Shown: one piece after another, positions 25,501 through 37,500 of the stretch
How the letters are laid out: every line of letters begins with the position of its first letter
How positions within the stretch are numbered: position 1 is the stretch's first letter
NCBI RefSeq assembly: GCF_964355755.1
Contig: NC_092680.1
Span: 5,332,001-5,396,000, forward strand
Direction: 5' to 3'
Origin: Antedon mediterranea
Lineage: Eukaryota; Animalia; Echinodermata
DNA: 64,000 nt
Made by a program: the position numbers and the translations under genes
Notes under the pieces: generated by a model
Seen by the model: the letters and a program-made list of their open reading frames with translations, nothing else
Databases searched by the model: none
What the model was told of the DNA's origin: nothing

Positions 25501-28500
25501 GATAAATTATTAATTCATTTTCTGTAAAATTGTTAGTTAACATCAATGTTGTGTCTTACAATTAGACAGTTACTGTATTAAAATGACAATAGAGAAAGTA
25601 ATTGAATTTTGAAGGTTGAATTTAATGAGAAATTTCTCAAAATCATCACCCAAAATAATGTTGTGAAATCCTTAATATTTAATGTCCATGATACATATTT
25701 CTAGTTTTTGCCATTCAGGGAATAATTTCGCCAGTGTAGCATTGCAAAAAGATATACAAAACAACCATATTGCTACACATTTCGCAAATTGTGTAGCAAA
25801 AAATGCAATACAAAACTATGTTTCTTGACTCAACAATCAGTTTGATTAGCAATTTTGCTAAACAAAATTTTTAAATGAAATTTGTCCCTGCCATTCATTT
25901 TTTTTTTTACAAAGAAGCAAGTCTTTCATACTTTACTATGTACTAGCCAATCCTTTTGACAAATATAACATTTTGCTAGACCATCAAATTGCGTCCTTTT
26001 GAAACTAGTTTTACAAAAGAGTGTATGTGCCCAAATATGGTAGTAATATGACATCGTCATGTCTATATATTATCATTATATCATTTTGTCACATAAAGTT
26101 TGATAGTGTAGACAGAGCTTAAGAGAAATGTTCCAAATCTGCAAGCCACAAAAGATTTTATACAGTACCAAAAACTACTGTATGTTTCATGTCAGTTTGT
26201 ACAGTGTAGCGAATTTCATGAGGGCTGTTCTAATTTGTTATGATACAACCATATTGAATCCTTTACTAATAATGTGAATTATTAAACTGTATCTCTAAAT
26301 GTAATTTCTTTACATTTTCAAGATACCAGTTTGTTCTGTTTTTTATTTGTTGACCATGTACCTTTGAATCTGTGGCACTCACAATTATGTGATACAGTCT
26401 AAGAAACAAAATAGGACAGTCAGGGAAAATTACAGAACATAGGCCTACAGTATAGTATTGAAAAAAACCAACTAAAAACTACAGTATTAACAAGCAACAA
26501 TATAATACTATAAATTGATCATTGGGAGTCTTTAAAGAGGATTGTTTCTCTCATGCAGAACTTAATGTGAAATGAAAAAGTTAAAAGTTTTGCCTACAGT
26601 AGAAATGTGGTGTGTTTTAAAATTGTTTCCTTTTGCATACAAAGTACACTTCATTTCTTCAATATAAAAGATTTGTTAACACAAATTGTGTATATAAAGA
26701 TGTATAGGAAATTGTGTTAAATGTAGCATGGAAAAACATTGTCCATCTACTGTTGATCTCAAACAGTTATTCCTTAAGAGTTACTAAGCTCGGATAAACT
26801 TTTAACGCCACTTGATTTTTCGTTATTCAACTACGTCAGGACTTTACAATATAGTATTTTTACTTGATCAAACACTTTTATCAATGTTATACCAACTAAA
26901 AATATTCAATAATATTGTAATTAATTTAGTGTTTCTTTATTGTTGAGCATATCCTTATATTTTATATTATTGATTGTTTTGAAATGGTTGTTTAAAGTAC
27001 TTTGGTTGAGTTGTCAGGCATATTTGGAAATGCAAACTGTAGGTGTCCAGGAACTTTGAATGAATGGGATCTGTTTTCGTTTTGAGACAATTTACTATAC
27101 TCTAGGCCCATACAAGATTACTATGTGATAGAATGCAGGATATTAGTTAAGCATGTGCAGTAGAATTTGTTATAAAATTGTGCTCAAGTTTATTAATGAA
27201 TTGAAGATAACAAGTATATCTTGTCCTTTAAAAAATAGCCTTTCCCCCTGCCATAGAGAGGATTATGGAAATTGTTTTGAAAATGTATTGTAGACAGAAC
27301 AATTTGTAATGTTGCGAACATAAATTTTTGTAGTTATAACTTTCAACCTACAAAGAAACTTAGCACTTGAAAGAGAAATTTAAAGAAGGGAATGAGAAGA
27401 GAATCTATGCATTGAGGAATAGAGAGTCATGAGTTGATGAGAAGCAGTGACATAATGGACCGCTAATCATTCTGTCAGTTGTCTCATGATACATTAAGGA
27501 AATTAAAAATTATAAATGTTGTCCTTATATTTTATCTTTCATATCTACTTGTTGTTGCTGAATGTATTTGATATTTCTAATCTGATGTGGTTTACTTCTG
27601 TTCTACCAGGTAAGTTATTTTACATTTATTTATAAATTAAATTAAAATGGTTTTCTATTATACAATTACAGTACAGTGCTGTAGCCAATGCATAGTAAAC
27701 AGGTAATTCTCTGGAAGCATCTTGACCAATGCTATTGCCGACATTGTTGAGTGGTGGCGAAAGGGTTAAGCCAGAGGTGCTGAAATCTATAGCCATGCAA
27801 TTGACATAGACCTTATTTCTGGTGGTAGATAAAGGACTTAAAACTGAAATCTACAGATCTGGCTTTAATGCAGATTAAAGAACCCACTGCATCTTTTGGA
27901 TGGTTACTCTGGTGTACTGGTCCATCTTAATACCTACCATTGTAGACAGACAAATGAGTGCTATTTGGTGACATGAAGGAACATTTTAACAGAGATAAAG
28001 ATTGTTGATTGGTAGTGTAAAGTTAGTTACCTCTGTAAGTTCCTATACACTTACTCTCTTAGTCGTCATAACAATGTAGTAATAACACGAGACGGGTTAA
28101 CTCTATTTAACACAAACAACGGTGCATTTATTATCGATACTTTGTGCTCGCAGCACAACAAAACCGCACACACACTTTATGTGCTCAACAACCTTTGACC
28201 TCTCGGTCGCCGTGTCTATAGACACTACAGGTAGCATCTATTCCACTGCACTTTGAGACAATGTTACTGTAAAAAAGCACATGATATAAATAATTACACA
28301 AATCTCTCTAGCACTTTCCTGTTAACCATGTAACCATTGTTCTCAGAAAACTTGATACAATACTTTATGAATATTGGTTAACAGACTACAGTTGTTTTAG
28401 TGTCACTAAAGTTAACTAGGTAGCTGACAGACAATGACAAAGTAAATTTATGTATATCCCAAGTCCCCATTCACTTAAAACTAGTAATTTATTTACCCCA

Positions 28501-31500
28501 TGTCTTATGGCCTCATCAATTTCTGACAAAGAGTTGAATGTGTAGTGTATACAGTGGTTCCATTTACTGAATAATAAGTGGCCGAAACAGGTAAATCTAT
28601 CAGACCTGCTGGAGAAATAGTTTCAAGTATTGTACCCCAGGAAACAAAAACAATCAATGTGCCTGTAAAAAAAAGTGTGGTAGATGACATCATCAGATGG
28701 CAATGTAACAAACAGCTATTAATTTTACAAACTGGTGGTTAAAGCTGTATTATCAACACACTTAAATTTGATTTATTAATACATTTAAAAACATTATTTA
28801 ATTGAGTTTACACCTGTCAGGGTGATTTAACAAAGCATGTTAATGGAAGTACAGTAGATGAAATAATTTATAATACCTGGTGGGAACAAAGCAATAAGAA
28901 AGTAGGAAATTGAGTAAATTAAAATAAACAATAAAAAAATTTCAATCCAATTAAATTACATACACTTTCATATGGTTATTTCATTTTATTTGATTTTCCC
29001 CTTACATTTCATTATTTTTGTCAGCCAACTGGTTCTTCTGCATTATCTTTGATTTCATAGTTTATTTAAGGATATTTCAATAAAGGACTTTTTATTATTT
29101 TTTTGTGTGTAAGCATTTAGAGACATTTGTAATAGCTAAGCTATAAGACTTGACCATTAATATTATAATATTGGAAATATTTTATTGATCTATTTTGAAC
29201 ATAAATTTTAATCCTTTTTTGTATTGAAGATCAGACCTTTATTTGAACCAATCTTTGTTTATATAGAGTAGGTAAAAGTTCATTAAAATATTCATATTGA
29301 ATATCCATTAAAACATTAGTTGGAAGTCACATAGTTTAAATAATTATTTTTATGACTTATTCAGGTATAAATATTTAGATTCTAATACATAAACTAGGTG
29401 GTTGAGAAGTTCAAGTGTTGTTGCATGTGTATTTATAAACTAAAAGAAGTAAAGGTTAGTTGTTCTTGTATTGCTTTTTAAAGTTCTGTCCACGCAGTTC
29501 TCAAGAGGTGGTTGGCTTGACAAAGATGACAAATTCAGGACTCCCAATGAAAAAAAGTATTCAGACATCTGAAAGTACCTATAACCTAAACAAGAAATAT
29601 TTCTTACAAAAAATGCTGCTCCACATTTTTAAAATAATCATTGTTCTTTCTTCAGATATATTTATGATTAATTATTACTAAGATGTCCTTTAACACTTTC
29701 ACCGCCAGGCATTCAATAAAGGAAGTACCCCTCACCGCCAGCCATTTTAGATAAATTTACCTGTTTTTCAAAGCTCATAGCAAAGGTGTTTGTAATCAGA
29801 ATAACATGCAATATACACTCAAATAATGAGATAGAAATAAACTTTCCAATGGTACCAAACACTTTATTGAAATAAAACTGTAATACCACATAATTGTACA
29901 AAGAACTTCGCTCACTTTTAGCACTTTAGGCTCAATCGGAGAACAAAGCAGAGATAATGAGGTTTTTAGCCTGGTTGCACCGTCTGTCAGTGTCACGATT
30001 CTCAACCTATTCTACAACCTAGCCTAGGCCAGGCTAGCTAAATTATCTCCAATTATTTATTACATTTTATAAACCAGATTTAGGTACAAATATACCTTCA
30101 TCATCTGGGGATAATAAATACTCATTTTCAGAGTCAGAGTTGGCAAATATTTCTGCAATTGCTTCGTCCGCAGTAAGCACTTTATGTTGTTTACGGATAG
30201 GACGCGATGTAGACCAGCTGGGTCAATGGCACTAGGGGTTAATAAAGTATCAAAATATTTGCGGTCCAGATCGATTTGGATGTTGAAATTTCTACATGCG
30301 GTCCATATATACCTGATCTAACAAATTGTGCAATAAAAAGCCAAAGACGGAAATTTCCGTCTTTGGCGGTCTGGTGCTGGGCATCGAAAGACGGAGATTT
30401 CCGTCTTTGGCGGTGAAAGTGTTAATCGCAAAAATACATACAAATCAAAGATAGTTCTTTAATTATGATTCACATGCCCATTTAAAAATGGTCAATTTTG
30501 AACTTAAATGTGCTGTGTGTGTGTGACCTCAACCTGTTGGCATGCAACTGAATACCCTCTAGAGACAATGTGACTTCACGAAAATTCTTCCCAGTCTGTT
30601 GATCCGCGTCAACCAATCAAAGGGCTAGAATCCAAAACTGTGATTCTCTTTTCCCAGACGTTTTTTGGGTCCAGCGGCTGAGATCTATAAATTATAGTCG
30701 AGTTTACAAAGTCGCAAAACTGTCGGCCTTAGATACTATAACTGCTGCTTGCTTTAGCTTATGAATAAGTAGTCCTCATGGGATGTAGCTGGCTAGAGCA
30801 GCAGCGTGAAAATGTCTTCTACCAAGACATCTATTCATTACAAGTGTAAAAAAGTATTTTATTTCTTGTTACTGCATTTCTCCTCTTGTTTCTCTTCTTT
30901 CTTGTTCCTATCCTTCTTGTTGGTTCCCTTTTATTTCTTGTTGCTTTCCTTGTTGCTTTCCTTCTTTCTTGTTGCTCCCCTCTTTCTTGTTGCTTTCCTT
31001 CTCTCTGTTAGTTCTCTTCCTGTTGCTCTCCTTGTTTCTTTACTTATTTCTTGTTGGTTCTCTACTTATTTCTTGTTGGTTCCCTTAGATTTCTTGTTGC
31101 TTTCCTTTTTCCTTGTTATTTCCCTTCTTTCTTGTTACTCTCCTTGTTTCTCTACGTATTTCTTATTGGTTCCCTTAGATTTCTTGTTGCTTTCCTTCTT
31201 CATTGTTGCTCCCTTCTTGTTGCTTTACTTCTTGTTGGTTTCCTTCTTTTGCTTTCTATCTTGTTAAAATTGGTTCCTTTCTTGTTGCTCTCCTTCTTTC
31301 TGGTTGGTTCCATTCTTTCTTGTTGGTTTCCTTCTTTCTCGTTGGTTCCCTTTTTCCTTATTTCTCACCTTGTTTCCTCCTTTCTTGTTGGTTCCCTTCT
31401 TTCCTGTTTCTCTCCTTGTTTCTCCCTTCTTTCTTGTTGGTTCCATTCTTTCTTGTTGGTTTCCTTCTTTCTCGTTGGTTCCCTTTTTCCTTATTTCTCA

Positions 31501-34500
31501 CCTTGTTTCCTCCTTTCTTGTTGGTTCCTTTCTTTCTTGTTTCTCTCCTTCTTGTTTCTCCCTTCTTTCTTGTTACTCTCCATCTTAATGGTTCTTCTCA
31601 TCTTTCTTGTTGTGATAACAACAATGAATATTATAGGGTACTTGAGATAAAATTATATACTCTGAACACTTATTTCCAAGGTGAGACATATTACAATAAA
31701 CACCAACGTATCTCTGGATTCTGTTTCACACAGGCGTCAACTATTAAATTCAATATATCAGACAATAAAAGAATTGAAAACATAGATTGTTAAGTAAATA
31801 CCGTGACCAGTCAACCAAGGATGTAAAACCACTAATGCAAATTGATTAAAAAGATAGGTGTCTCCTTTATAAACCACATGTTAATCTGTACTTATTACTC
31901 ACTAAATTTATAAGTGCACTTTACAAAGGAAGAGTTTTAAACCTTATTTTTAAAAACAGTATTTTCTTGGCATAGAAACGGGAATTCCGGTCTAGATTGG
32001 CAAAACCATTTTAAACCGGTTTTACATGGAATAATTTTTACTGTATTGCACTATCGCGATCTCAATTTGTACTTCAAATGTCCAAATATTTTAAAGGTAG
32101 TATGTCGAATTGGATAAATGATTAAAGATGACTTCAACCCATTTGCATTTTGTATTTTATTTTGGTAAAACATACTGTATGGGTGCAATTTAGGAGGCAG
32201 AACTAACAAGTTGTTAGTTGCTACTATGCATATTAAATTTACATATCACATTGAAGCAGGTTCACATAGAAAGTATAGTTTATGTGAGTAAGGTAAGGTT
32301 AATTATGTTCAAAATAATAATAGTGTTGACTGGGAAAACAACCTTTGACAAAAAAGCCATGAAACCCAATAGTTTAATGTTCTCTCAGGACGCTAATAGA
32401 TTTGTTCACCTGACGTTTATGATTCTCTATGAGGTTAAATTTCATGAAAATATATTGTAGGATGGAATTTCATTTCATTTTTTTGTTCCTTTGGGATATT
32501 CTTGATTGAAATTCCTCTACTAGAATTTGGTAGTTTAGACATATTCTGATGTGTAGTCAGCAATAATAATGTTTCAAACTATTTGTTGACATTTTATGTT
32601 CAGTATATCATACAGTTTTTAATGGCTAAACTTGGTTTGCAACTTGAATGTGAAAACAAAATGATTTGTAGGCCTACAGACCAAAAGTCTTTAACTAAAC
32701 TGACAGTTTTCCTACCCTTTTCATAGGCAAACCCACATTTTGAAAATTACAATGCAAAGAACAGACATTAAGTCAGTACTTAAGTTTACAATTTTTTTTG
32801 CCACCTCCTCTTTCTTAAGCAAACATAAAAGAATATACTATACATATTGCAAATGAACGGTGTACTTCAACACAAACAACATATAGTACCAAACAACATA
32901 CCTTCACAACAAAGAACAATGTGTACCCAAACAATTTTCCAAATCCTGTTCGTTTGTAAATGTTTGTTGTTTGTCTGACTTTGGTGATGATATGCCTTCC
33001 ATAGTTTTCACCTTTATCTGCTACAGGGTAATATCCTTAATTGATAAAGATTGCTATAGGCTGATTAGATAATGATAATAATATTTATTTAGTCACCAAT
33101 AATAAATATATATAGTAGTGAGATCAGGCTGAAATCAGATTATGTAGGTACCCATACTATGATGTTGTATGGAATACAATTATCATCATGTTGTATTTAA
33201 TAAAATACCATTTTTTTAATAATTAATTATTATATATATATCCCTTTTTCATAATATTTCAGAATTGTTAGAGTAGTAACCAAATAGTAGAAAGAGGCAC
33301 AACAACAGAATCACATCTAGTGTGTGTTTGAAAGTCTTTATGGCAGAATATTTTTATAGCATTATAGTAAGATATATGGAATAATTAGTAACTATAGCAT
33401 TCAATACGAAAATAGTTTAAGGTTATAGCAATAAAATTGATAAAAGACATGCCAGTTGTCATTACCTATTTAAATACTTTCCTGGCTATGGGTTATTTAT
33501 CAAGTGTATTTGCTTACCTTATATCATCTGATCTTTGTTTGTTTATATCAGCAGTTTTAGGGTTTTCTATTCAATCCAACTTTAGTAAGTGAGAATACAT
33601 CAATGCCTGTCTGTCAAAGGGTGAACAATTTACCTGATAATAAATACTAAAATGCAAGATATTGTATGATGAAGGTAAATAATTCAATGATAATCTGCTG
33701 CTCCTAGTGTGTAAAGTAGGATAATTAAGATTCGTAATATAGTTAAAAAGAATTTTGGATTTGTTTATTGAAGGAGAGGAGATACTATAGATGATTGACA
33801 ATGTTGATTGACACTTTCTAATCCTTGTTAATATTGCCTCTATGCTTAACTATACAAGCACATATTTTTTTTGTGTATATTTGTTATAAGTATTTTGTGA
33901 CTTACTGTAATTAAAATTAACAACAAACAATTCTCAGTAGTAATAATAACATGGAGGGTGTAATGATTATAGTCCCAGTAGTATTTTTTCATTCACTATC
34001 CTTAAAGGTGGCAATCCTGTTTGTATACAAGATGTTCTACAAAGTCTTTTGTTACAGGTTTTTTGAAGTGGAGTTGTTCTGTCATTAGACCAGATCCTGA
34101 CATATGACATGATTTGAACCCAGGACCTTTGGATTGGTAGCCAAGCATCATAACCACCAAGCAGTGTGACCAGTAACCAGGGTTCATCTCTCACCCAAGA
34201 TCACTTGTGATTTCCGATCACTGTATCTGTATAAAGTATTGCATTTGGTGCAATGTACACCTAGATTCTTAGAATTTGATAAAGATATTCATTGATCGAA
34301 CTCCACCAATCGATATAAAAACCTGTGACCATATTCACTGTATTTCCCTTGGCCTAGTGTGAATGTTGAATATGGCCACTGAGCTATACATATGGATAAA
34401 TATTTCGATCATGATACAAGTTTAATGAAGTTACTGTACTTGTTTTCAATTCTTTGTCTTCAGTAGCTACAATGGTATCTGCCAATGTTAAAATAAATTC

Positions 34501-37500
34501 CTTTATCCTTAGCAATAACTCAGTAATCTCATATTGTAAGATACCTCACACAACAGGTGGCAGAAGTGAGTCAGGAATTGTGGGCTACCACTATGTGGGT
34601 TGCCCAGCAACAGTACCCCAAGTTTGACCTATGTATCTTGTTGTTTATTTGTTTTGTGGTTTTGGGATACAATGATTAGGGCAAATAAATTAATTAGCTA
34701 TTTAATTGACTTTCCAAGGTTTTAGAAACATTGATCTGGTCTTTGAAGCCACTCCAGTGTTCCATGGATGGTGTTTTCAAAGTGCTTTACTGTTTGACAG
34801 TTATCTGACTGCTGATTTTCTTCCTTTTGTACTGAAGCCACTCATGGTACCATTTTGTTTCTCTTTAGTAGCATAGTGCTTTTGTTCCTTAAATGCTGTT
34901 CATATGTCAACAGCCTAAAGATCTGTGGCACAAAATGTGGTTGACTATCTTTGTCCCCATAGCTTACCTATATAAACTGAAAAAGGCACACTCATTTTTA
35001 AGGATTTAACTCTAAATATTAATAGTCACCTATATTTAGATAAAATAGATGTGGTCCAAGTCAGAGATAAACATAAACAAACTATTTTGAAGTAGTTTAA
35101 TAGGTGAAAAGAGTAGTTCACACTTGGACTGTATACTGTACCTGTAGCATAGATCCTGACTGTTTCTGTTGTGAAAAAAAAAAAATTTATAACCATGTAA
35201 ATAAATTAACCCAAATTTCTTGGCAGCAGAAACAGGTAAAGTTTTCAACAACCTGTTAAATGGCAGTCTGAAAATAATGGTTAAAAACAATTGATTCGGT
35301 TTTAAAATGGTTGTCACTTTATGTATCAAAAAGCCTGAGCCTATTACATTGTGGGTAATGATGCTAATTAACTGTTTCCATCGATGGCCACCCACTGATT
35401 TAAACGGTTAGTTGGGAGCACAAATTTAGTAGAGATGCAGTCGATATAAAAGTTATATTTTAAATCTGTGTTGAAAGAAACTGCATATTCGCCGCTATTC
35501 AACCCACACACACACACACGTACATGGTGGTGTAAAGCTTTAGGCCAGATACTGTAAATGTAACCTCCATGGTGTAACATTGGTAGAAAACAATAATAAA
35601 CTAGATATGACCGTTGGGCTAAAAGGTTAATAAGTTGAAGCAGGGTTATTAGCTGAAATATTAAATAGATATGACCTATAGGCATATACATTCATATGTT
35701 TATAGAAAATTAAAATTATTGGACAACAAACCGGTATTAAATTTGGGCATTATATTGTGATCCTATTCAATTTCAGTCTTAAAAAATTGATTTAATATCA
35801 AATTTGTTTTTATTAAATTATCTTGCTAATATTGTATACTACTAATCTATTCTATGTTAATACAATCAGCAAAGTAGGTCAACTTTACATTTATTTTGTA
35901 TTTCATGCCCCTTTTCAAACTCGGTGGGGTTATTCAAAATATTCTTTAATTTGTCAAACACAATTACCCTATGCAACAGTTACAACATATGACACCTAGT
36001 TTAGGTTATTCTTTGTTGTTTTTGGTAAATTTTCTTGCTTCTGGCTAAATATTTTCTTTCCTGTATCAATTCAGCTGTGTATTCAGTCATTGAACAATTT
36101 TACATACAGCTAGTTTACCGAAATATTATCTGCAGGAAATTGTTTTAATGAAATAAATCCGTGTGTGCGCTGGTATGTTACATATCTTTCCTGTTCTCAA
36201 ACTTGAATCATTTTAATCAATTTTCTTAGTGGAAAACTCGTAATTTCAATGATATTTGAAAAAATTTTGAAAAACCAACCAGAGCTGTAGCCAGCATGAG
36301 GCAAACAAGACGCTCGCCTTGTCTGATCGTTTTCAATTTTCACCACCCACCCCAATTCCCCAGCACAGATCATCATATTTTATATTAATAATTATAAGCA
36401 TCTTTGCCTCGTCTACGGCCTGCCACCTCTAAAATCCCATACTAAACCATGACAAGTTCAAAATGTAATGTACATACTTCAGTATTTATAATATATTATA
36501 TAAATCCAAAGGCAAATTACTGAAATAAATGACAATGCTGTGGGTATCAGTGGCTGGATCTCAATGGAGATACAAAAATAAAAAGCGAAAAGCTAAATCA
36601 AAACGATAAAGTAAACAGCCAGAAAAGTTAGCAGAGCTTTCGGGCAACACTAGCCCTTCATCAGTGCAAGTGTATATTTAATAACAAAGTGTTTTTTCCC
36701 CGATCATACGTGTATGGTGGTCATTAGTTTTGATGATGCACCCATCAACTACAACACTGTCATAGTCGGAAAATCATTCTGCACATGCTCAGAAAAATGT
36801 GCACATGTGGAGTAAGACTGTTTGACAAGATGCACAAATATTACTGAAATCTTCTTTTTACTACAGAATTTTTTTTTACCACTGAAATTAATTTATAGCA
36901 AGTTGAGGACTCTGGACTGTAATTACTACTGTACCTTAGTGTTCACAACTTTCATTCATACATGCTGAAAAGGTGGCAATCCTCTTCACCCCTGCAAACA
37001 ATTGAATCGTGTTCTTGATCATATTCTAATAATTCGCAATAATTTGAATTAATAATTTCCGGCTGTAGTACTTGAATAACAGTGCCGAAGGGTGTAAGGA
37101 CCCTGGGTGGTCCTGTAGGGCATTGAATTATGTCATTATTCCAGGGGAAGTTAAGATTATGAACAAATGTGGAATATACACATTGTTACTGGTGGTATAG
37201 TTTAAAGCAGTATGCTAACAATTATTTTTATATCTAATTAGCTTCAGACAAATTACATTGTAATTATTTGTTCTTAGTTTTTTATCAAGTTATATCCAGA
37301 ATTATATTTAAACTAAAAACCATGAAAAATTACATGAGTCAACATACAATATGGCACCATACAATACAATTACAAACTTTTCAAGTACAAATTTTCCATC
37401 ACTAAAATTTTAAATTATATTTTTAACAAAAGTTTCCAAGGAAGATCCTTCTAGGACATGTTTTCTTTGATCTTATTCTTTTATTTACCCTAGTTTCCAT

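Noticed and set aside
30806-31793. Hydrophobic F/L/S-rich ORFs resembling membrane proteins
   Set aside because: Artefact of an A-poor pyrimidine repeat that is open in several frames.
34090-34180. tRNA gene
   Set aside because: A/B-box-like motifs are present but there is no cloverleaf; treated as a SINE head.
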